Positions 1-14,098 of a stretch of DNA of 64,000 bases are shown in pieces. This stretch comes from the human T2T-CHM13v2.0 reference genome, Homo sapiens. Every line of letters begins with the position of its first letter. Position 1 is the stretch's first letter. A program made the position numbers and the translations under genes. The stretch is from the NCBI RefSeq assembly GCF_009914755.1, contig NC_060932.1; one strand, written 5' to 3'. The notes under the pieces are model-generated. The model had not been told where the DNA came from. It searched no databases and saw nothing but the letters and a program-made list of their open reading frames with translations.

Positions 1-1944
1 GTCTGCCTCCATAGCCTGTCCCCTTCACCACTATACTAATACTGCAAACCAACCCTGACCATATCATCCAAAAGAGACTCTGATGCAGTAATAATCTGTG
101 TTGAATGTTGGAACTCATAGCCAGGGCCAGCATGGTTTGTAGGCTCAAATTATGTTCTTAATCAAGTAGTGAAGAAGCAGATAAGTGCAAAGAAACTCCA
201 TTCAGTCTGCTAGGTTAACACAGAGTGATAAAGCTGGCACCTCTTATCAAGGATGCAGATTTCAAGACAAGATAAAGAATATAACAGCCCCTTATATTAG
301 AAAGGTATAGTACATATTACAATGTGTTTTTATGTTCTCCTTGTAATGAATCCTCATGCATATATTTTCACACATTAAATGCAGACATTAAGGCTCAAAA
401 ATCTTTGAGTAGCAATGGTTTGTAAAGCTGAAACTTAAAACCAAGGTTTCTGATTTTGAGTATCATGTTTAGTTGATCAGAAAGCTAAAATCAGTGGAAA
501 AGGTTGAATTCATGGTTTGCTGAAGGAAAGAAAATGTGCCTATCCCTTGGCTGACTCTGTGAGTTCTTTTAGGACAGCTAGAAAATTAGCTCCGTAACTC
601 CAGGCCTGAGCATAGTACAGGCTGTCTCCCTCGGGAGACACACAGGTGGAGAAGGAGTCCGATGCCTCCCAGGTGCTCCCAGCTCTACGATGAGGGACTT
701 TGTCCAAGATTTTTAGAAGCAAGACAACTAAGTGCCCTCTTAAAAATCGGGCAGCTCTGAGAATTTTACTTCTATTTAAGGATCACCATCACCTCTCTCC
801 TTCTCCATCATTTGCATTCTACATTTTAAAATATCCCCTTTGATTTCCCAGCCCCTACTGGGTAAGCAGCTGAGGAATCACTTATCTGTGTCTCTGTTTA
901 CAATGTTACCCTTACCAGGCTATATAGCCAGAGAAGCACAAGGGAGAAAAGAGGCTGTGAAATATCTCCCCTGGGAAAGATCAATGTCTTCAGAGAAGTG
1001 TTACAGCTAGCAGCTCAGAGCCAGCCTAGATGCCCAATTAGAATTCCTAAAAACTAGTTCCAAATGAAAATATAACCAGGAGAGGTAACCATACCCTAGA
1101 GAGCAAAGTTAAGAAAATTAAAGCAAGCTATATTAGGGCAGACTTTTCCACAGGCTTAGCTATTTACCAGTAACATACCTAGAAGAAAGAATACTTAGAA
1201 AAGGCTAAATAGCAAACTCAGCCCATGGCAGATCAACGGTAGCATTTTTCCAGCATGGCTCATAAAATAATTCAAAATGACATTTTATTTTCTAAATTTA
1301 GATGTTACTGTAATTTGAATCCAAATTCTGCCAGTTGAGTTTTTCTTTCTCAGTGTGTTTCCAAATATTCACCTCCTGTGAACAAGAAAACATTCAAGCA
1401 ATAGGAGAAAGGCCAACCTCTCATCATTCATGATTGCCAGACTCCACAATCAATACTGAAACCTCAGCACTACAATAGTTGCTAGTATTGCAGAAAGTGT
1501 TACATCTAATCCTCAAGTCTAGATGCAAATCTTACCTAGCACACAGCTGTTTTCCATTCTTCGAAGCAGAACACTGAAATCAGAAACATTTTAAAAATAT
1601 GTTCCATAAGGACTTAGTATCACAGCGTGAATAAGAATACCTTTGTTAGGTGCGATAGGCATAAACTCTTGTGTAGAAATAAGAGTTAGTTTTTCATTCT
1701 CCCTGCTCCCCTCCCACATACGACCTCCACCAATTCCGACCTTTAAGCCCAAGTTTTGTTTTTAGGTTTTTCAAATTTCAGGAAAAATATTCCTTCCCAA
1801 AATTCAATGCATAATAGTAAAGAGAAAAAGATGATGTTGGAGTCCAATATATCACTTTGATATACCAATGCCTCAAAAGTGTGGCTTTTGATCACCAGCA
1901 TATAAACTTTCTGACATCAGTCTTATCCTCTCTAAAATGCAGAT

Positions 1945-1999
1945 AAAAAGTAGGGCCGTTAAGGTTAAGTATAATAAAAAAAAAAAAGTAGGGCCGTTA
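1945..1999 (+). mobile_element. Ultra-short L1 3'-end insertion (~21 nt) with 17-bp TSD, inside a probable MIR
   Basis: aaaaagtagggccgtta at 1945-1961 and 1983-1999 flanks aggttaagtataat+A7, which matches the L1PA terminus (ttaaagtataata-polyA). Confidence 0.75.
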
Positions 2000-2770
2000 T
2001 GAAGAATATACTAAGCACCATGCCTGGTGCATACTAAGTATTTCATATATTTTAATTATCTTTCTTCCTTTAATCTGTGAATTCCTATTACTTAGATTAG
2101 AATACCTTCAATTTTCATCTAGTTTTTTCCATTCTAGATTAAAATGTGTTCAGAAAGCACTGCATAGTTCCTGTCTCACATAGACTGTCATTGATTCTCA
2201 GAAAGCAAGGCTCACTATCACTTGGAGCCTCTCTTACACTGAGAAATGTTGGTGCAACTTAGCATTGAACCCCAGTTCCACTAACCAGGACAGCTCAAAG
2301 TCCCATCACTTTTCCCACTCTTCATGTATGTGTGCCTCTCTCTAACTTTCTTCTTGAAAGAAAGTACAAGGCTTTGAGGGTTCATCCCACACCAGAGTGA
2401 GAAGCAGAGCTCTGTTGATTTTCCACTGGAAGTACCTTCACACGTACATTTGGTGATGCTAAGTTATTTTCCTAGAGAACTGAAGGTGTCACAGAGGAAG
2501 GGTCATGTCATGTTCTACATAGCTTTATGTCATCCTGTAACTCCTACTGTCATCTGTGCTATGATATCCGCCTAATGACAGCGTCAGCTCATGCCCCTAC
2601 TGGTGCATGCAGCCCCCCTGAGATATATAGTTTCCTGTCCCCTCAAATGTCTTGCTCATAAAAGAACCCCACCTATCTTTCTCAGCACACTCTAGAATTG
2701 TGAATAAAAAACTTTTTTTCCCCATTTCACTGGATGTGCCACACTTATAAACTTATATTTTAAAAATCCT

Positions 2771-2930
2771 GTCTGGGTACAGTGACTGTAACCTATAATC
2801 CCAGCACTTTGGAAGACCAAAATGGGAAGATTGCTTGAGCCTAGGAGTTCAAGTTTACAGTGAGCTATGATTACACCACTGTACTCCAGCCTGGGTGACA
2901 TCGATAACTTGTCTGTGAGAAAAACAAAAA
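2771..2930 (+). mobile_element. Alu monomer (FRAM-like; left-arm-type 5' half, right-arm-type 3' half)
   Basis: Single ~150-nt 7SL-derived monomer with A tail. TSD taaaaatcct at 2761-2770 and 2931-2940. Confidence 0.85.
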
Positions 2931-3406
2931 TAAAAATCCTATGTCACTTTTTTTTTTTCTTTAGCCCTTCTTCTATTTCCTTAAGCCTTATCAGATACAA
3001 CCAAAGTTTCTCTATTGTGAATCCCTGCTAATATTTTCTTGAGCATTTTTAATCAGAATAGAGCCCAGAAAACACTCCATAATGCTTGCCAGAAAGGCTA
3101 TTCTGAATGAAACATTTAGGTTCAGTACTTGACAAGCGAAGTCAAGAACCTATGCATTAGCATCCCTGGGTGGCTTCTTGGCAAGAAATCCATAAGTAAT
3201 GCACAACACAGAGTATGTCAGTCCACGGTCTTCCCACCATGAATCATCACTCAGCCTTTATTCACTTTTATTACACAGTAACTGACAAGTTGATGTCAAG
3301 CCCTTTTGTAGCCCCATCATTCAACTTTTAAGCCCCATGAATGATCTCACTCCATGATATGAAGCACCCCACATTGATTATAACTGTCTTTTAAAAACTG
3401 AATGTC

Positions 3407-3685
3407 AGTTGGGTGCGGTGGCTCACGCCTGTAATCCCAGCACTTTGGGAGGCCAAGGCGGGTGAATCACTTGAGATCAGGAGTTCCAGACCAGCCTGGC
3501 CAACATGGTAAAACCCCGTCTCTACAAAATACAAAAATTAGCAGACATGGTGGTGCACGCATAGAATCCCAGCTACTTGGGAGTTGAGGCAAGAGAATCG
3601 CTTGAACCCAGGAGGCAGAGTTTGCAGTGAGCCGAGATCACACCACTGCACTCCAGCCTGGGCGACAGAGTAAAACTCCATCTCA

Positions 3686-3717
<32 letters not shown>

Positions 3718-3719
3718 CA
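3407..3719 (+). mobile_element. AluS, full length
   Basis: Dimeric Alu with (CAAAA)n tail. TSD aaaaactgaatgtc at 3393-3406 and 3720-3733. Confidence 0.95.
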
Positions 3720-5834
3720 AAAAACTGAATGTCCAGAGATAAGTCAAAACAAAGCAGAATAATCTGCAAGAAGAAATTCCCAGAGCTTCCAATTAGTGTG
3801 GAAGCTTGGCTAAATTCAGATTTGTTTAATTATCATGTTAAGTTCATTCAGCTGGCCCAATTATTGTAACAAAATTTAAATAGTCATTGATCACTTTGCT
3901 GAGGGCCATCTGAGAGTATAATATTCCCAGTTACAGGACACTTTGTTAATATTCAGAAATACTGGAGAACATGGGCAGAGTCCAAGCACAGAATGTATAG
4001 TTACCCTCTGAAGAATGGCATTAGAATATTAAAGACTAAATGTTTTGTATTCATTAACAAGAAAATATTTCCAGAAAGAAGTATATTTCTGAAAATGAGA
4101 ATATTCCAGCCAGAAGAAATACAAGAACTAGCATACTTTTGCTAATTGAAAGAATTCTAAATCGATGCATAACTCCATAATTATATTTTAACATTTGTGA
4201 AAAATAAGTATTTACTCAATAATAATTTAACTGTGCTTTCAGTACTTATGTGTCAGGCATATGTACTAAAGACTTCTCCCAACCTTTTGTGCAGTACAGA
4301 TGAAGTGAAGGTTTTTTGTTGATTTACTTTGTGAATGAAGCCAAAAAAGGGTTTTGGCATTATACAAAGTGGGATCCAAAATTGATAAAGAGTCTATTCA
4401 CAAATTAAAGTTATCTGCTTATAATGCTCTTGAAAATCACTCATTATAAAAGAGGTAGTCTTCAAATACAAGTTTAATGATAAGGTTGTCACCATCTGGT
4501 ATATGACTTTGCTTTTTAGTACTAACAGAGCTTTTTCACAACTTAAGATTGCCCTGGAATTTAGATAAGATTCAGACAAAAGTCATATGACCTGCCCAGT
4601 GTCTTCAGAGGCAGAAAAGGACTGTGAATCCAAGATGCTGAATGCAAATTCCAACTCTTTCTTCTATACCTACTACATATTGTCATTCAATAACACATAG
4701 AAGGACAAAGCCACAGCCTTTATTTCCAAAGCAAGAGTATCCAGATACTAGCAAGACCCATGAGCATGCACAGAACCTTTTCTGAATCATATATAGAATC
4801 AAAATTCAGAATTTTTTCTGAATCAGTACAAAAATTTCGACTAAAACTTCTAGGGAATTGAGGTATGAATCAAATCCTTATGACTCCCTAGGCAAACTAA
4901 TAAGCTAATCTCTGACAAATAATCAAAATGTCCCCAGATACTATGTAACCAGAACCTAATAAATGGCATACTATTAACTGGGCTGTGGCCCAAGAAATAA
5001 AAGTTTTCATTTTTAAAATTTGATTATTTTTGCATTTTTAATTTTCCTTTTTTCCCTCCCAGGAAATAGATGAGTATGAAGGAGTTCTGTCTCCCTTGTT
5101 ACGAAATCTTCTTCCTAATCAGTGCTTTCTGAATGTAGCACTCCTGTTTGGGGTAAAACCCCCATGATTCCATAGTTACCAATGATTTCTGGCAACAATA
5201 TTATGTCTTTCAAATAGTTCATAAGCAACATTTACAGTGATTAAAATTCTTCAACTCACTATTTATGTTGATTTTGTGTGATTATCTGGAAAGAAAATGA
5301 GAGCTAGACTCAGAAAACCTTGGTTGGGTAGCTAACTTTGATACTTATATGTATAAGCTGTATTGCTTTATTTCTCTGCTTCTCTAAGCTCAGTTTTTAC
5401 TTCCTCATCAATGAAATGGTAATGATAACACTTGTCCTACAAATTTCAGAGTAATATGGCTCAAATGGTTCAATTACAATAAAAGAACTTTGTTAATTTC
5501 AGAGAATTCAACAATTAACTGCTTTCAGAACTCCACTCAGGATTTGGAGCATTGATGAGAAAGGTGTCATTTTCTCATGCATTTTCTTGATCTCTTAAAT
5601 GTGTGACTAAGAAATAAAAGAGGCAGATGTTTTAAAAATGATTTTCTGGATATGCTTAAGATGAGGCCACCCCCACACTGTGCACTGGACTATTCATTAT
5701 TCTAGAACAGTTTCCCTAACTGTCCTCTTCCAGTAAAATTCTCAAAAGATATGTTTACTATCGCTAACTTCACATCTTCTCCCATTTTGGCAAGCCTGTT
5801 TGGAGCAGGTTCAAGAGAGAATGGTTGATATGTT

Positions 5835-6295
5835 ATGTTGAGAATGGCATGTCACTCCTGTGGCCTCCCTCTCAAAAATTCATAACTCCAGTCTAACCAT
5901 GAGAAAAACATCAGCTAACCTCAACTTAAAGTGCATTCTATACAATACCTGATGTATTCCTCAAAACTATCAAGACCATCAAAACAAGGAAAGTTAGAGA
6001 AACTGTCCCAGCCCAGAGGAACCTAAGGAGCTGTGACACCTAAGATAATGTGGTATTCTAGATGGTATCCTGCAACAGAAACGGGACTTTGGGTAAAATG
6101 TAAGGAAATCTGAATAAAGCATGGAGCTAACTAACTCCATATAAAAATTATTGACATGGATTTATTAATTGTGACTAATCTACCATACTAATGCAAGGGG
6201 TGAATAATAGAAGGACTTTGGTGTGGGGTATATAGAAACTGTCTGCATTGTGTTTACAACTCTTCTATAAATCTAATACTATTCTAAAAACAAAT
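5835..6295 (+). mobile_element. Old L1M (L1MC/MD-type) 3' UTR fragment
   Basis: Contains motifs typical of L1MC/MD 3' ends: ccagtctaaccatgagaaaaacatcag, ctcaaaactatcaagaccatcaaaac, ggaaatctgaataaag, tataaatctaatactattctaaaa. Confidence 0.7.
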
Positions 6296-7565
6296 AGGCA
6301 ATATACAGATGTTAGCTAATAGTTTTGGAACTTGTAGTAAGAGTCATAGCAGTAGTTACAATAATAGTAGTTAGTAATAGAAGATTCAAAAGCATGCTAG
6401 AAGAGATAACCCAATTAGCCTGTTTCTTCCATGCAGCACATATACGCAGGGTTGAACTGCATATATAGCCCTCTTGAGGAAGTATAATCTTAATTTTAGC
6501 AATAAGAAATCTGTCCAATTCACATTTATAAAAGATAACTGCCTGAATAGGATCCTTATCTGGAGGCTTTATAAAGATGACAAAAGGGCGTGTTGAGAAG
6601 GACTGAATCCAAACTTTTGTGAGAGGTTTATGCCACTTATTCTACATATTTAAATACAGTGGAGACTGAAAAACATATAGCAGAGTTTGGTATCAAAATT
6701 TCCAGCTGATATTCACAAAGAAGATAACACTTAGTAGGGTGGCCAAGGACAAGCCATCAAGCCTAGACCCTCATGTTCTCACCTACCCTTTTCCTCAACT
6801 ATCTCTGCCTGCAAGCTCGCTCTCTAAATACTAAATTTTAATCCATTAATTTTTGCAATCTCTTTTGATTGCCTTCAATACACTCTACAAAAATGGCTGC
6901 CTGCTTCTGTGTTGACTAAAATGGCTCCACAGAGCCAACATTTTCAGAACTCAATATGCCTGTACCCCTTTTTGCAGCTGTATCTCTCTTTCTGTAGGGA
7001 AGACAGAAGGAATGGAAGGCAAGCACTCCACGGAGTGTGACATCATCTTATCATATAAAAGTAATGACTTTGTAGTGGTTTCCACAAGATTACTAGAAAA
7101 AGAGATAGTGTTACTTCATTACATGGTCTGCAATTGGAATTTGCACATTAAATTACTTCTAGTCCCATGATATACCCACTGTTACACTTCCAGATTGTCA
7201 CACATACTTAATCTCTGCAAGAACAGTCTTCTCGTCTCTCTTTATCTTAAGATTTTAACTGGATCAGAAAGCCCCTGCTAATGACTTCTCAACCCCAAGT
7301 TTATATCAAGGGTTCTCTTAGAACCAAAACATTCCTCTGTATTAGCAGTTGTCATATTGTATTATAATTGTTCATCAGATTTAAGGTACATGATTGCATT
7401 GCCATGTCTCTCTGGATCACCGTCAAATCATCAAGAACCAGAACATTGACTGATACACAGTAGGGATGCAAATGCGTAACTTAGAATGGATGGATAGATT
7501 CCTTCCCAATCAAAAGTATAGTATAAGATCATTTTTACTCAAAGATTGTGTCATGCTATTTCTCA

Positions 7566-9312
<1,747 letters not shown>

Positions 9313-9789
9313 TCACATAGTGCACTAAATCCCTGAGAGTAGGGAAATGAAGAAATTTTCCCATACCCTGAAGGAGTTTACTATTTATTTGAGAGATCAA
9401 CAAGTATAGGTCACTGCAATGAAATGTTTGGGAATGATGTCAAAGTATGCCTGGAGGCGCTGTGGAAATGCACAGGAGAGATACTAACCTTGAAACAGGT
9501 TGCTCTTCTCCAACACAGTGAAAGTTGCTCCCTTCACTGACATTCCGTGAAAAGAGGCAGGTAGGTATTACTTGTGGATTCAACATTTTACCTGACAGTT
9601 GTAGGGAAAGATAAAGGTAGTTGAAATTCAACCTTTCTTCTGAAATTTAGCAGCAGTAAGTGTTGTTGGGTTTATAATTGAAGAATTTAAGTGTTTGGGT
9701 GATCATAATGGAAATAACACAGTAGAAATGTTATCGAAAATGCAAGAAACATTCATGGAAAGGGCAAAGTATATAGGAAGGAGCATGAC

Positions 9790-9990
9790 CTTTGTCTTAA
9801 GTAGACAGATTTGAATCACAGCTCTGTCACTTACTACTCATGTGTCTGTAGACAAATCATATAAATTACCTAAACCTCAATTTCTTCACATGCAAAATGA
9901 AAAGAATACTAGCTTACTCATGGAATTACTATAAGTATTAAATAAGATAATGTTTATATGGCATTTTTCAGATTACTTGGGCCATCTTAA
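9790..9990 (+). mobile_element. MIR
   Basis: MIR core: tttgaatcacagctctgtcacttact...aaacctcaatttcttcacatgcaaaatga. Confidence 0.7.
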
Positions 9991-10639
9991 AGGACTAAAA
10001 TGTGATGGTATAGATCTAATTGTAAATTAAACTAGGTATTTCAATGTAGGATGCTTTACCCCTGACAGGGAGTGGGAGAATGTTGACAAGTGTGAAGCAG
10101 TGATCTGATTTCAGAGTGCCTGGAGTACCAAGCAGAGAATAAAGGCAAGGGTGTGGTTCATAATGACGAAGATCATGGTGATGATGACAATGAAGATGAT
10201 AATCACTACATCTCCTTCCAAAGCTTAGAACATTTATCACTTTGATTTCCTATGACTAATTATTTACTTATATATATTTTTTAAAGTCTACTTAGGAAAA
10301 ATCATGTTTCAGTTAACCCCTTTGCTAAGTAGACCCTCTTTGGCTCTAAAAGAAGTCAGAATCTCTGGAATGTCTTAGTTGGTATTATATGAACCAGTGT
10401 GAAATCACATATTCTCACTGAACAATTTTTCTACTCCTAGTGGTAAGATACGTAGCCTTAATATCCTACATACATTGAGTCAGAATGAAGCTCAGTGAAC
10501 AGTGAGCAATCTGGGATATTGACCTCATCCTACCTATTGTCTTACTTCCTGTGCATTGCTTATACTTAGGAGTGGCTTCAGCATTAGGTAAAATTCCAGC
10601 ATTTGCTTTCTCTCTCTTTCACTTCCCTTTAACCTGAAA

Positions 10640-10865
10640 GAGTGCAAAAGCTTTGAATTCAAGCTCACTTGGACAGTAATCCCAGCCCTGAGACTCTACA
10701 GCTTCCACCAAAGTACTTAACAGCCTCTGTACCTGTTTTCTAATTTGAAAAAGTAGTGGGTACAATACCTATTTTAGGAGGTTTAAAACTTTTTAAACAT
10801 GGTAACAAATAAACACCTTGGATAGTGTCTGGCACATAGCAGTCACTAAACATTCAATAAACACT
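10640..10865 (+). mobile_element. MIR/L2-type fragment
   Basis: aagtacttaacagcctctgtacctgttttc...gtctggcacatagcagtcactaaacattcaataaa. Confidence 0.55.
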
Positions 10866-10889
10866 GACTTTTTTGCATTATTCTTTTCA

Positions 10890-11020
10890 TGCACTGTTAC
10901 CTCATTTGATTTAGGAGGGCAATGTTGGCTCCATTTTACAGATGAGCTATAAGATAGGTTAAGATAATTTCTTAGGCCACACATAGGGTAAGTAAGGAAA
11001 GGATTTGACCCTAAGTCTCC
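10890..11020 (-). mobile_element. MIR
   Basis: ccattttacagatgag...ggttaagataatttcttaggccacacat...ggatttgaccctaagtct (antisense MIR core). Confidence 0.65.
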
Positions 11021-11027
11021 TAATGCT

Positions 11028-11500
11028 TGTCACAGACACTTTTGGTGCCCTGTGCTAACATTCTCTTACAAGACTCTGATTTCAGCCATAGCTGCAGTAG
11101 ATGGTTCCTGCAGTGGGAAATATCCCACTTCAGGCATCCACTGTACCATTTGTCTCTCCTCTTCTTGGCCTCAAGTGTCTCTCTAAAGGCCCTAGGAGTT
11201 TTCAGGCAAGAGAATCCTGGAAGTACACAGGAGTTAAAGTCCTTAACAATATCCTTTAATGAATGGACGCTGGCATTCATTCTCTTACTTCTGACAGATA
11301 ATTCTCAATTGCATTACTTGAGCCAGAGTTGGCTATAGGGGGAGCTATCTCAATAACACACTGCTTTGGCTTTTCCTACTTTGGCTTTTCCTTGTCTATA
11401 GCATTCTAATTGATAACCCTTAATCCTGCTTCCTGGGATCACCTCCCCAATAAATGACCTGCACCTAACTCCTTGTCTCAGACTACATTTTGGGAACTAA
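11028..11500 (+). mobile_element. ERVL LTR16-family solo LTR (LTR16C-like), sense to TRHR
   Basis: Starts tgtcacagacacttttggtgccctg and ends cttcctgggatcacctccccaataaatgacctgcacc...ccttgtctcag...ttttgggaac, the characteristic LTR16 3' end. Confidence 0.75.
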
Positions 11501-11580
11501 AGGTTTGGGTGAGAGAAGAAAGGGGGTTTTGTTTTGTTTTCATTTGTGTTTGTACAGCATTTCTCTCTATTTCTCCCTAG

Positions 11581-11988
<408 letters not shown>

Positions 11989-14098
11989 TTCATGAATTAG
12001 AAGAAAATGGATGACAAAGAAAATGAGAATCTGTGCAGTCATCAACAAAAGGGAGAACATGGCCAATAGTCATATGTGAAGACAGAGCAGATCAGTCTTT
12101 GTCAATGCTCTAACAAATTCTGGCCCTAGATACTTTAACCCATGAGGATGATTCAGACTTTCCTTCTTACAAACTAATATCACTAAAAATGGAGCAGATC
12201 TGTGAAATAGCTAAATGATGGAAACTTAAAGTTTAGCCCTTTTCATTTAACTTAAGAAATTCACTATATTTTCTGGACTTATAGAGTTTCAATAAAATCT
12301 AGACATCAATTTACATTATTCATAGTAACCTTATCAAATGTCACTTTTCAACTTCCCTAATTTATTTATACATTCGATAATTTGACAACATGCAGATTTT
12401 TAAATGTTTGCATTTAGTATTCATTTTAACATAGTACAGGGCTAGTTCATGAATATCTGAAATTAAAGGGAAAAATATTACAGAAACATTTTATTTATTG
12501 AGTAAAAATAAGATTTTAGACATACATGTTAACTGTATTTTAAAAGTTGCCATAATGTTTATAAAATTCTGAGATGATTTTTATATCTTAGAAGGTAGAT
12601 AATCATCACTCAACTTTAATGTAAAATAAACCTCAAAATATCTGAAATTATTAATTAAGGAGAAATGTAGATTTTAAGATAAATCCAACTCTTATCAACT
12701 CTTCCAGCCTCCCACATGATGGGTGGAAAAAGGCAAAAGCCCAGATTAAGTAACTGTGAAGATACAAACTAACATACAATTAAATTTGAAAAGTATAGTC
12801 AAGACAAAGCAAGTATTTATAATTAGATTTTGCTTCTTCTCTGACGCTTTTAAGCAATAAAATCTTTTTGAACATTCTTGTTTATAAACTACTCAGCCAT
12901 GTCAAGCAAATCATTCAAGCAAAATCTAGCTGAAAAGTCTGAAACATTCTTAAAAGCTTTGTTGTTATTCTAAGTCAGCCAAAATCCTGGTATCCCTCTT
13001 CCAGATAAAGAGCTCCCACTGAGAATTGTAGTCTATGGATTTTACCTTGACTGCAATTGTCTTTCCTTCCTATCTGCTTGTTGTTTGTAGGTTCTTTTTT
13101 TGTTTTTCTCAAATGCTAGTGATATTTTGTTTACAGATTCTAAAAGCAATGCAAAATTCTGTTGGCTTTATTTTCAGCAGAGTTAAAACTGATTTCATCA
13201 TATTATCAGTATGTCATCTTTATATTTATGACTGACATCTGCTATTCCAGTGTTTATTGGAGACTTGTGAATGAATCTGTCCAGGACACTTGTCAGTTCC
13301 TACCTGAATCTCTTACCTATTGAGATTTGGCCAACCAGAATCTCCGAGGGCAAAAATTGCCCTTGGTGATGGTTCAGTAGTCATTGATTTTTAATGAGTA
13401 GATCAAAAAAGTACCCATACCTTTACATGCCCGTAGGCTGTCATTTTCCCTCTCCAGCCTATATCCCTATTTTATGGACTTTTCTAGAACCTAATCGCTA
13501 ATGATAATTATGCCTCCCCATCTTCTTAATGAAGAATATACCATTCTTCTGAAACTTGTTTTTACGTGCTGTTTCATGGAGACTATGCTATCCAGAACCT
13601 CATTCTAGAGTGCGCTTTTTTTTTTTTGAAAATTGGCCTTATCTACTCCAGCAAGACATTTTTATCCTGTTACTATAACAGTAAATGAATGCAAGCAAAT
13701 ATTTGCAGGAAATACCCTAAAACCCTACCTGCATGACAGTAAGCAATCTATGTTAACTGACTTTTCATTCTGGTATAAATATTAATCTTGGCATCATATA
13801 AATAGAGCACCAGAGTGACCCAACCCCAAATCACACAAGCACATGTGTGTTTATAAACACATACCCACATGTTCATAAATTGGTGAAAAAGGGGATTGGA
13901 ATATACGAGATTTTTTCATTACAGAAAGGACCTAATATCATTGAGCATCGACTATGTCTCAGGTATGCTGGTAGGTAGTCAATCAACATTATCTTCATCA
14001 CAATTTCACTACAGCTGTAATTTCTCTGATGATTAGACCAGTATTCCTGTGACCTAATTCCTAATTAATAAAAAGTTATGGATTTTGCAGAATGATTA
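11989..14098 (+). other. TRHR: TRHR 3' UTR (3' end approximate)
   Basis: About 2.1 kb of AU-rich sequence after the stop with no recognisable interspersed repeat. AATAAA at 12291, 12625, 12856 and 14067. Confidence 0.65.
14067..14072 (+). terminator. Likely distal polyadenylation signal of TRHR
   Basis: AATAAA with a TGTA about 50 nt upstream (14017) and a GU element (ggtgtt, ~14104) downstream. Use is inferred. Confidence 0.55.
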
